This document shows positions 23,101-34,471 of a DNA stretch of 44,893 nucleotides, piece by piece (within the stretch, counting starts at the first letter, position 1; each line of letters begins with the position of its first letter). The translations under genes and the position numbers were made by a program. Location: NCBI GenBank assembly GCA_000934665.2, contig JYFJ02000819.1, positions 62,001 through 106,893 on the forward strand, written 5' to 3'. This stretch comes from Catajapyx aquilonaris. Taxonomy: Eukaryota. Under the pieces are notes generated by a model. That model was not told the origin of the DNA, ran no database searches, and saw only the letters and a program-made list of their open reading frames with translations.

Positions 23101-26100
23101 AAAATATTAAAATCCTTCGTTCTATGACCAAAGCTTCCGATTGTCCCGCCGCGACACTTCCGATTGGCCCTGTCTGCGCCTGCGCAATGTCGTAGTAATT
23201 ATTCACTTTCTAGTCTCTCCAATAGTATAAAATGACCCAAAATTTTACACTAGTTGAAAATTCGCAATAGAGATTCACGTTTTGGTTTAAATATTCTTGA
23301 GAGGCTGACCTTGAGCATGATGACGACGAGCAGGTGCTGCCCCCAAAGGGCGACAGTGACGACGCTGGTGGCAGTGCAGAACTTTGATCCAAAGTTCCAC
23401 TTTCCTGCGGTGATGACCGCCAGGGGCACTGGAAGCACGAGCGCGGCTCCGACGCAGTCGACGATGCAAAGGTTCTGTATGAGCAGGAAGTTGACGGTAC
23501 GCAGCTTCAGCTCGTTGCGTCCGATGTTGAGTATGACGCAGATGTTGATGAAGAGAGCCGCAGCCATGATGATGGACACCAGGGCTATCTGAAGAGGCCG
23601 GTTGATCAAGGGCAATGGATCGCCAGCGTCGTGGTCGCCTGGGAGCGCCTGAAGGACCACGTTGTCGCGCTCGATCGCAACGACCACGTCGCTCGCGTTC
23701 AGACCGCTTATCACCGACGGAGGCTGTTGGGAGCGGAAAAAACGGAACAGTTGACAACAATGCATCGGACATGCCAATGACTGTGAATAAACATGTTAGT
23801 ATTAACTGTAATGCCAATTACCCTGTACGTAATGTAATCCGATAATTAATTTGCATTGTGGGATTTGCTTTCCCGGACCTAACAACAGATATATTATACA
23901 GCGTATCATACACAGCAGTACCATACAAAATGGTATTGTATTTGTTTAAAAATATATATGACTTGGGCAAGTGTGACGTGGGCATTTTTTTAGCAACGTG
24001 CAAAAGTGGTCCTTTGTTACCTTCTGAGAATGGAATATTATACAGGGGCTGAGAGCCCCCGATAATTCAAAAGAACTAAAATGAATTACCTGCAATTTGC
24101 TATTCGCTCCTCATTCTCATTGTATATTCACGTCACGTCGTCTGGAAAAAAAATGAGGGGGGTTTTGGTAGGCGGGTTTCACATCCGGTAATGATTATGC
24201 GCCATTAAATTCTGTTAGATTTTTTTTTTGCGAAACCCTGCAAGTTGCTGATCTCACCTGCAGGTTATTTGTTAGCATTATTATAGACCACATATTGTTA
24301 ACATCTTGCATTTTTTTAAACAAAAATGGGCGCTTTCACAAAAGATCAGCCGGTTTGAATAGAAGCAATAATAATGCCCAATATTTCCTTGTTGCTTCTG
24401 ATTGCTAGGGTGAACAATAAACTTCTCCCGGGCGTCACTATAGCCAGTGCTTCGTCCGAAATAATGATTAATTTTGTTAGATCACCATGACATACAGTAT
24501 ATCAAGGCTTGGAATGATGGATGTGGACTGATATCGACCTGAATATTTTGCAGGAGCAATTCATTAATCCTAAGTGGATATGAAAAAATTTATTGCGTAA
24601 TACTGTCGGGGGGAGGGGGGGACCCAGGGAGAGTTTTGGGCCACATTTTGCCCCAGTTTCGCACAAAAATAGTGGTCGATTTCTTCCATCTCACAGTTTC
24701 TACGTTTTTTTCTGTCAGAATTTAGAAGGTTATACGACAGAGGAAAAAAATATATATAAACCGACAAACAGTATTGCATGTTCGTAAAACAGGTTTTATT
24801 TAGGTGTCACAAGGGGAGCTGAAAACGCTGTCGTTTCCACTAATATCGCGTCTTGAGTTTATTGCTGACTTTTATTTTAGGCAGTTTTTCGAACCAGCAG
24901 CATGTCATGTCATAGGCCACCAATGCCTTTGGTTGAGTTATACTGCGTTGGAACCCTTTTTACTACCAGCAATGTCCATGTATATTTTGATGCTTCAAAA
25001 ACCAGGTACCGCACAGTATATGTCGCGTAAAAGCTTGTCAAGTATGAATCTGACAAAAGGGGGCTATCATTCGAGTCAGTTAAGTGGTTACTGCAGTTTA
25101 ATTCAATGCTTGCATAACATTATAAGGGTAACGCGTGCAATGGAAGCAAATGAAAATGGTTTATTCAAAAGAGAGAGAAATTATTATAATGCTGTTTTCT
25201 GATTGAGTACGGAAATATTGTTGGCAATCGCAATTTGAATCATTTCCTCGTTACTTAATGAAGAGTGTACCACCATGTAATTGGCATATTTTAAAACAAA
25301 TTTGTATTAAAATTTTCCTCCCAGTGCCTACGCATTCATGTTGTTCAATATACACGAACTGTTTTGTCCATTATTCCGCTCAGACAGGCGAGTAACGAAT
25401 TCTAATGGATGTGTTTGGAATTATGAATTATTGCAGCCGCATGTTCCAATTAATCGCGACATATATTTGTATTTAAAATTCTGGGTTTGATATCTCTTAC
25501 TGAGTGTTTGCTATTCACAAATACTGGACAGTAGGCATTATAATAATTTATTGAATACATTAGTCCATGTAACACACGACGTGCGTGTTGGAGCCAAATG
25601 AGACCACTTTATGCTCAGTGTGTACTTTTTGTTTAATTTGACGTAATTTTAATGGACATGTAGTGGATCAAATTTAATTATTTGCTACTATGAACACTGA
25701 ATACCGGTTATTTAAAAACAAATTTGAAAAGTTTATTTACTTGTATGTATACACTGTAAACCGCAAAATATTAAAAGAGCATCACTGAGTCTTTCATGGA
25801 ACATCAATTTTAATGCTCTGCTAATGCTCTTGTGATGCTTTTTAGCAACAAAAAAGCATCATAGGAATATTATCAGAGCATTAGAAGAGCATTAAAAATT
25901 GATGTTCCATGAGAGACTCACCAGTGATGCTCTTTTAATGTTTTGCTGCGGTTTACAGTGTACGCTATGATTAATCAGAAATAATCAGATGTACACCCTG
26001 TAATTTCAGTTCGTACAACTGGGCATATGTGTCTGACAGTTTGTAATAACTATTCAGAGTGCAAAAATCAGATATTTCTTTAATAGTGTTGATAAAACTG

Positions 26101-27343
26101 GACCTAAAGGGTGTTCATAAAACCTGTTCGATTGTGTGACCTTTTTTTACATAACTCTGACGCACATTGGTTCTCAATCCTTCTTGCTTACTTTTACCAC
26201 GATTCGATGTCTGTCTAGTTCCAACGAGTAAGTATATATTGACATTTCCACTGATTATCGGTTCTCCCACATCCCCATTGTTTTCTTTTAACTGCAAGTT
26301 ATTGATTAACGGTATGTTAACACCATCCAATACTAGCTACGAATTGCATCCAATCAGATGTAGAATCAGAACTCAGCACGTCAACTCAATATAGGATAAA
26401 AATCGCATCATTTACCTTTATCTTCAGCTAAAGGCTTGTTACTTGACATTGTAACTGCACCGCAGATAGTTTATGGATCTAAGTAAGGGCCTGTTGCACC
26501 ACAGATTATAGAATGTGAACCTAGAACTCTTATTTATTGTCGCGAACGGTAAACCCAGCAATTAATAACAAGAATAAGTACAAGCCCCACTATCTAAGCA
26601 TTATTCAGAGATGCAACCGGGCGTAAAGTTATATTTTACTGAGAACATATACAGTCGACTGGTTTATTACTTCAGGGGAAAACACTGTGCTGGTCATATG
26701 AAGCGGGCTATGTGACCCCAACTTCTTTTATGTTATCTTCAAGTTTACAATGGGAAAGTTCACGTCCCACATACAGTAATATTGATTCTACGATGTCTAA
26801 GTCGAAAGCAGGAAAATCCGATACACAACAAACGATCTTTTTCCTCCGAAGCTGCTTGGCCATTACTGATGTGACCCACATATCGGGTGATCCGAAAAGA
26901 CACAATCAAACCCAGCATTACTTCAATGTAGAGGTGTCATGTGGTCTTCACATTGTCGTTAATGAGATACAGCCTACGACACTACCATCGCTTCAGTTGC
27001 GTACAGGGAATGTTTTACTATCTTGGTAATGAGACTGTCTGTCCTAATGATTGTGACTGACCTTTGTGGCCAGTCCGAGAGCGTCGACCAGTGAAGGTGG
27101 CACCCCTGCCCGCACGAGCCGGCCGGAAGGGTTGAGCGGGTCGTCTGGAGGTAAGGTGACCGGGTAAATGTGATGAGCGGGGTCAAGAGGTCGGGGCAGC
27201 AGGAGTGGTTGTGCCGATTGGGACGCCGATTGGTCCCACGCACTACTGCTGGACCACGGGAACCTGGTCCTCCTGCTGTTGGCACCAGTGACCACAGTGC
27301 TGCTCCACTCGTGGCCATGGCCACCGGTCGTGGCCGCACACAT
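20133..27343 (-). CDS. Class A (rhodopsin-like) orphan GPCR, about 421 aa; exons 27343-27062 (less certain), 23723-23310, 20702-20133
   Basis: Phase-0 GT-AG joins give ...ATK|PPSVISGLNASD... and ...VIMLK|VDRVLAAC.... There are seven hydrophobic helices: TM1 Asn (FINIC), TM2 NLCIVD, ECL1/TM3 WNFGSKFC, DRV at the DRY position, TM4 Trp, an ECL2 Cys, TM6 FLLYLP, TM7 HPVVL, and a helix-8-like KLRGEV. Exons are GC-rich. The first exon is inferred from GC content, a good donor (AAG|gtcagt) and phase compatibility. Confidence 0.88.
21040..21348. mobile_element. Helitron-like fragments in GPCR intron
   Basis: (CAGA)n-aataagggaattagtaaatagtat looks like an inverted Helitron-type 5' end. It adjoins gagcgaagcgag...gcgaagcgaag...cgtcacg repeats ending in ACTAGT. 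Confidence 0.4.
23105..23190 (+). repeat. Dispersed repeat, second copy at about 28053-28157
   Basis: ccgcgacacttccgattggccctgtctgcgcctgcgcaatg compares with ccgcgacgcttcctattggcccagttctgcgtctgcgcaatg. Both are preceded by tattaaaat(c/t)cttcgtt. Confidence 0.65.
25752..25960. mobile_element. Palindromic MITE with CACTG...CAGTG termini and TA target-site duplication
   Basis: The junctions read ta|CACTGTAAACCGC ... GCGGTTTACAGTG|ta. Almost the whole 209 bp folds back (aaaagagcatcactg..catggaacatcaattttaatgctct pairs with agagcattaaaaattgatgttccatg..cagtgatgctctttt). Confidence 0.9.
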
Positions 27344-28052
27344 GTGGCCGGCCAACAACACACACACTCACTCACTGACTGTGTTGGGTCACCCGACACA
27401 TCCGACACCGCCACTGTCACTCCCGACTGCAGCTGGCCGAGACTCCTGGATGGATGCCTGGCGTCGGAGGCGTCTCTCTCTCTACCCCACACCGCCACCC
27501 CCAACCCAACCGACGCTCCAACAGCGCAAGCCCCGCACATTTTCTGTCATCCGCCGCACCTTATACAAGTTAATTCAGTCCACTGCCCCGTGTGATGTAA
27601 GCATCGTTGCGTAACACGATTATACGGGCCGACAGTGCCATCCTCCGTGCGTAACGCAAAAATTTCGCAGCAAAGAGACCGACGCGCTAATTAGTGGGCG
27701 GGACTTTACTGTAATCATCAGCCAATTCGCCAATTCATATGCCAAACCCACTATTCGTACAGTACTTAGCGGAAGGCTTGACACGCAGTCACCGATAAGA
27801 AATCGGGCGAGTAAATCTAAGTCGGCTGTCTGTAGCTTACCCAACTGGAACCGACTTGTGAAGTTCATTCGTCTACAGAGAGAACGGCTGTGAAGATCTG
27901 TCCTTCAAGTGGAAGGTCTTTTTTTCCCCTGAGAGACTCGCAGCCATTGTGACACTACTTGTTGTCAGGAAGTCAGGCCTGCAGGCGCAACAACACAAAT
28001 TAGATTTAAAATGTAATTAGTAATTTCTAATGGTTTGACTAGAGCAAATCTA

Positions 28053-28157
28053 TTATATTAAAATTCTTCGTTGTTTGTATAAGCATTCTGATTGGTCATC
28101 CGCATATGGTTGTTACCGCGACGCTTCCTATTGGCCCAGTTCTGCGTCTGCGCAATG
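28053..28157 (+). repeat. Dispersed repeat, copy of 23105-23190
   Basis: Direct sequence similarity to 23105-23190. Confidence 0.65.
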
Positions 28158-31146
28158 GGAAGCAGCGCCTCTGGTAGTTGGGAAGTGGAACTATCCATTC
28201 CCGAGAAAAATGCGATGACTTTTTTAGTATGGTATATTTTGAAAATAATTTATATGGACCTGAAAAGTTGCGTCATAAATTGCTGAGCACGAACATTTCC
28301 GCGAAAGGCAATTATACGTAGCACAGACTTATTACTTGCACTGTACTGTATATTGAAAGTGGCTGCTACAAATTAGTCCCACCTATTGTTTGCTTTTAGG
28401 GCCCTTTGATGGCCATTAATATTTGTCACGGACGGATCTGTACTCGGAAGTCAAACAAACGCGACATTTATCATGCCGTCACAGGGTGTGCCGGAAAAGT
28501 TTGACATTCACATAATTGTATCTGTCACTCGACCAAACTCATTAAGAAAATGTCAGGAGCATTCTGGCATCCTGTATAAACGTATACACAACTGCATTGG
28601 CGCCTTGCAGGTAGATCAATAGGAAAACCTTGCCCAAAATAATGTTTCAAAACTAGGACAATGGGCGAGCCTAGGGTTTTGGAAGTTTTGTACCGTAGCA
28701 ACAAGCCGTTATTAATTTTCGTTCTGGGAGATAGTATTTGTTGCTTATCCTGGAGCGGTTATTGTCTGGCCAAAAGCATGCGGCCTCTTTTGTTCCGGGC
28801 GCAAAATTGGGGGACCTGCCAAATTATGGATGAGTTTTAGGGCGGGTCGGAACTGTGAGGGAACGAATTTTGGAGAGGAAATGACGCTCGCAGGATGTCA
28901 GATGAGGGCAAAGGGAGGAGAGACCATCATCATCGTAATAACATGCGCAAAACCGCTTAGTAAGAGAGACCACATCTCGTCAAATCATCAGGAAGAGGAT
29001 GGATGGCGCAAAAGGAAGAAGCTGCAGATTGCCAATATTAATTTTGGCTCCCACGAATTATAATTAGGGATGAAAAAGCCAGTGCTTGTTGGAGACGATG
29101 GGGGCCGCTTTATCAATTCACAAAGGGAGTGAACTGCAATTTCCTCATGATGTTAACTATACAGATTGTTCACGCCAGTTTCCTTTACTTTGGACTCTTT
29201 ATTTTGGCAGGCACTGTACAAATTAATTGCGTGTAGAGTTGTTCATTAATTTTCCACCAAACTGATTTACAAACGACTGATAAATTTAGTGAAACTTTTT
29301 ATTCAAAAAAAAGTCGAAAAAGTAAAATCATCGGAGAGTAATATCATGAGTACAGTTTGGATGATGCGCAGTTTTTTGGGGGGCCATTACGTAAGCGCAC
29401 AGTTAATTTTGTGAAATTGTTTCCAGGTTTATTGCCTAATTTATGGAGGCATTACGACTCGGGTCGTAACTTCTGATACATTGTGACATGCGTTTTGTGC
29501 GAGCGTGCAGACTATATATTTTTAAAATGCATATACATAAGTGCTGCAGTGTTAAGTAAGAAGGATTTGAGCAATTACATCTGCAATGGTGTACGAATCC
29601 GAGCAATATTTACTAATTAAATCGGCATTAAAGTACGTGTCTGTTGGAAATATCCCAATTTCAATTTGGAAGATATCATATGATGGTGATTTAAGCGGAG
29701 ATTATGTTTGTGAAAAAATTGCTGACAATTCCCTGTGTTTGAGATCCAGTTCCTTTCTTCTCGTTTATATACTGGGTGTCAAAATATTACCTTCCGATCG
29801 CAGGAGCTGAAAGGAGCTCTCATCACAGTCCTGAATCTGAAAGGACTCAAATGACGTGATTTACGACCCGGAGCGACACCCTGGGCGGGCTCCGTCAGCA
29901 GAAAATTGCGCCTAGTCGCGTCATAATTGCAGATCGACACTTGACGCCCAATAATAATCCTTGCCTTCAGGGGGGGAGGGGGGGGGGGAAACCATTTTCC
30001 TTCAAGACTATTATCTCATCCATAGCCTCTGGGTCGATACCTTTTCTACCCACGATCCATCCAAACCCTCCCAAAAATAGCCCATCCAACCATCACCCCC
30101 AAAAAAACTTGGCGACGCCCACTTTTATTGATAACCAAAACTCTACCCCCCCTTCCACCTCCCCAATATTATTTTTTTTCCTGGTCAATTGTTAAAGTAG
30201 TGATGGTATGGCGTCAGAAGTCACGTGGTGTTAGTGTGGGTTCCCACCAATAACAAAGAGGATCGGAAACGTGAGAAGTGCAACATAATGTGCTGCACTG
30301 CGACAGGTTTTTCCGAGCTGTTATTATCGCAATAAAAAAAGAGAGCAGTGCATGAAAAGTTTTGTTTAAAACAATTTGCTGCAATACCAGCTGTTATGTA
30401 AGGTAGACGGTTTTAAAGTAGGACGTTGTATAGGAGAGCTGGCTTCACTTATTTAGTAGTTAATTTTCATTGCAGGCGCGGCTCTAAATGTAACCCACCT
30501 GCATTATGAATAGGAAGTGAAGTGGTGGAATCCAAATTAGACTCCTGCACTTTCAGTCTATAGACAACTGCACAGGAAAATGACTTTTTAGTCAGCCAGT
30601 AGTTGCCATTAGTCCTATAATGAGAGCATATTTATTTGGTTGAATATTGTGGCATATCAGTTACATCATTGGACATTTTTTTTTGAACGACGTCCTTCCT
30701 GCATGGTCCGGCCTTTTAAAAAAATTCGGCCTTCACGTGAGGCACGGCGTGTTTTTGGGGACTGGAATCGACTGGCCCGGTTTCGTGTCATGCGGAAGGA
30801 GGGCTTGGGACATAGGCCTTGACCCTTTAACCTGATGATCGGTTGGTCTTTTTTTTCTCTCTCTTCCGGGATCAGGTCGTTTCCGTCAGCTAGCATATCC
30901 AATGGGCTATCGGTGATGTGGACACAGCAAAGTGGAAGGGAAGGTTTACTGTTGCTGAGCAAACTCAGGGGATGTGCACAAAGTACAGTGATTTATTATG
31001 GTTTTCTTCCGCTTCTTCGCTCCTTCCCGCAGTTCAAAGAATGAAAAGTTACTGGCACCAATATGAAAAGAAACAACTGCGACATAGCGTCCTTATGACA
31101 ATTTAGTGAACGTGTAATCGGCACTGAGATTTTCCAATCTTGGTCA

Positions 31147-31947
31147 TCATTTATCGGATCGATGGGATGAGAGCTTGGTATTTCGGCCGTATATTCCTCG
31201 AACCTGTTCCGAATGGGCCTAACACGTAAATGCATTCCGAGGGCCATCCCAACCATGGAAGACTCTGAAGGCAAGAGGCGGCCAAAATTCCTCATCCGCT
31301 TATCAGCACCTATCATAACAACACAAAAAAGGGATGGATTTCTTGAGATGCAGAGCACCAGACTGTTACCTTTGTTTTCTTTTCATTTACTGGGGGTACG
31401 TTTTGCTTGAGTTTCTCCTGGTCCAGGTCACCTTCTTCCCATTCCCAGCCCTCAGGAGCTTCCTTCAGAATGAAGACGGGATTGAATCGGCTGTCCTTGG
31501 CTTGAAATGAAGTATATAGGGTGTTACATGGGGGTGAATTTTAAGAAATATACGTAAAAATTTATAAGATTGTTCTAAGGACAGACCTGCATATTCGCAC
31601 AACTCCTTGTGGCAAATGAGATTCTTGACCTGATCCGAGCAGTACAAGAGGGTCACTGTGGTTTTCCCAGTATGCTCCTGACAAGCTGGCAGGGGTGACA
31701 CCGACTCCTCCGCATATCAGGACCAGTTGCTCCGCAGGGTAGAGGCAAATCTGTCCCATCAATCCCTTGATTAGCTCATTGGAAGCGGCCATCACCCATC
31801 CAGCTTTGGAATCGCGAAGAAGACGTTCCAATCCTACAACAATAATGTCAGTTCATTAATTTAGATTATTGATCAAAATGCAACCATATCAGGAGCCACT
31901 CTTGTTGTAGTACCAGTTTCATTTTTATATCCGGCACCACCGCAAGC
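31147..31947 (-). pseudogene. Truncated, internally deleted pseudogene copy of ACAD/reductase fusion gene A
   Basis: It retains the 3' part of exon 8 (31947-31914), exon 9 fused directly to mid-exon 13 (…GQICLY-PA-EQLVLICGGVGVTP…), an intact exon 14 (31500-31370) and exon 15 (31309-31147). Exon 15 has a GGA->TGA stop and a 5-nt deletion. Exon 13 has a 4-nt deletion and a further small deletion. The introns still align with those of gene A. Confidence 0.92.
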
Positions 31948-32270
31948 CAAACAAATATGCGATGGTGTCGTCTAGCTTCCGATATTCGTCTAATATTGTG
32001 ATTTTAAGTGAAAATTTGTGAAGCCAAAGCATAGAGCCAGATGTGATCCTGTCACTGCCGATTACTTCGACACCGCACCTGTCAAGTGGGCCTATATACC
32101 CGGAAGTGACAGGGACAACGTGTCTCAGGTTGTTTTTGTTCTCAAGTGGCTGCACCTGACATAATAGAGGTGGAAACATTATAGACTGTGATAAGAAACC
32201 TATTGGAAAATTGCATGCTAAGAAGTAAGTGTAGACTGGGGTAATAACACAATAAATACTGGATTTATTC

Positions 32271-33733
32271 ATAGTCCCGCCAGAAAAGATACGAAAACTA
32301 TAACCCCTAACCTCAAAGAAATTGCAATAGAATTGAAATTTTCACAATTTGTTCAGAAAAAATGTGGAGAACAACATGTCAAAAGTTTACCGCAATTGGT
32401 GTGGGGGAACATGCCGCCATTTTGGAAAAATGGCGGCGAAAATAGGTTTTTAAGATTTATCTCGTAAATAACTGCATGTATGTGGGATTATGAAGAACGA
32501 ATGTACACATATTCGGTCCCTATCATCTTTTTGTGGAGAGGATCGCTACAAGTACAAGATATCGCCGATTAGAATTATTGACAAAAGAACTCATAAAGCA
32601 GAATGTGTGAAAGTAAAAGGACATTATCTTTTTCGAAGACTATGGCAGAATGCTGTGAAAAGCATGGTGATAATTTAGTGTTGTGCAGTTAAAGGGTGAG
32701 TGGAGTGGTTTTCTAATGATATGTTTGCAGCAGATTGTGTTTTTTACAATCCATGTAGCGTAAACGTTTGTGCAGGAAAATCCATTCCATGTCAGTACAA
32801 AGAACAAGAACGACCATAGAAAAGAAGTTAAACGGAATCGATATGAGAACATTCAACAGAATATGAGAAACACCATTACTAACACTCGGTCTCTGTTATA
32901 CGGTACGGTAGTCTTCGAAAAAGATAATGTTCTGACTTTCACACATTCTGCTTTACGAGTTCTTTTGTCACCAAAAATTTACATACAGTATCCCCCACAA
33001 CACAAAGTCACTTCTAAAATCATAGCGTACGACCCACATTGGGAATGTTTCCTACATGGACCAGGTTCTTTTCCAGATTTGCACTGTTCTTTTCTATTAT
33101 CGCTGTCAATCAGTTTCTCTTCTGCAAATCTCATCCGAGACACCTTGTGCACTTTCAATCCCGATTTTGCAACAAGGTCATCATTATAGTGGCGCAATTT
33201 GATAGCATTGTTAACTCCCACACCTTCCGAGCTGAGAACACATCTTTTCATCTTCTGTGCCCAAGGTCACGAATAATACAGATCGTGTTGCTTTCTGACA
33301 TTTTCTTATATTCTTCTTTCCTTTCCTTCGAACTGGATCATTTACCCTCCAAACCGGAAACAAAAATATAATAGGCTAGATATTAATAAATAATATAGTC
33401 ACTTATAATAGCTATTATCATTGCCAACAATTTCTCAATGATAGCGTGACTGTATTATTAGAGTAAGTAATGATAAGTGACTTTAATTTACATAAATGTT
33501 TAAGTAAAAACAGGCTATTTGCAGAATATCTCCGTAGAGAGTGGTCGTGTGGTGTCAATGTAATCGGCGATATCGTTGTAGCGATTCCCTCTACAAATAG
33601 GTGATAGGGACCGAATATGTGTACATTCGTTCAATCTTTCATTTTGCATTCTTCATAAACCCACATACATGCAGTTATTTATGAGATAAATATTTAAAAA
33701 ACATATTTTCGCCGCCATTTTTCCAAGATGGCG
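32271..33733. mobile_element. Decayed DNA-transposon-like remnant arranged as two convergent partial copies (nested inverted repeats)
   Basis: 32415-32570 is the inverted counterpart of 33561-33733, and 32579-32642 of 32909-32970. Degenerate coding sequence includes VHKVSRMRF…ECVKVRTLSF (minus strand) and DMFAADCVFYNPCSVNVCAGKSIP (plus strand). The latter recalls the DLxAADAxYHxxCSVNFRTGKxIP motif of uncharacterised invertebrate transposon-like proteins (recognition from memory). Confidence 0.65.
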
Positions 33734-33941
33734 AAGAAGAACGCCAGAAGTTTCGTCTTTCAAGCAACTTGTTACACAACGAGAATGAGTATATAGGCCT
33801 ACTTTTGAAGGTCAACAAGTCATACATTAGTGTGTCACGCTTGTGACCCCTAATACAAACTCAGAAAAGACTGTCCAAATTAATCGCCAAGTTCCTTTGC
33901 ACAATCAAACATTTTTATTTACTCCTTGTTTTGTACTTTAA

Positions 33942-34068
33942 GGGCCGGTTTCACCGAGCTCAGTATATGATAAAACCAGGGTTCTTTCTCAAAATCCCTA
34001 TCTATTTGTATGGGATTTTCCTAAAGAAACCTGGTTTTATCATATACCAAGCTCGGTGAAACCGGCCC
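33942..34068. mobile_element. PIF/Harbinger-type (Tourist-like) MITE, 127 bp, TAA TSD
   Basis: The junctions read taa|GGGCCGGTTTCACCGAGCT ... AGCTCGGTGAAACCGGCCC|taa. The element is a near-complete palindrome. Confidence 0.9.
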
Positions 34069-34471
34069 TAAGTGTGTATTGGGAAGCTGTAAAAACTAAA
34101 TTAAGCTAAGAATTATGTAACGAGTCTGGTCCCTCCCTGCTATAGATATAAACAGAGGAAGGCGAAATAAAATTCAATTGATAAGGAATATGGATGTTAA
34201 CAGTCATTCCAGAAGTTTATAACAGATAATTAAACTCCCCCACCCACTCACACTATATTTAGACATAATACCTCCTCTTAGGAGATGGTTAGTAATAAAT
34301 ATTGCAAAATATTTGAAGCATATGTTTATTTGTGCGTGGAATGTGAAAATTGGGCACTACATTCTACATAATATGCTGCTCGATGTGCCTGATTACGTAT
34401 ACAGTATAAAAGTGATTAGAATGAAATCGGTGTTGAGATTTTTCCTGGATTTTTCCAAATGATCCTGATCA

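Noticed and set aside
26974..27540. 188-aa minus-strand ORF (MATSGAALWSL…) as the GPCR N-terminus
   Set aside because: At the shared donor (27061) it is not in phase 0, so it would not join the next exon in frame. The MCAATT frame does.
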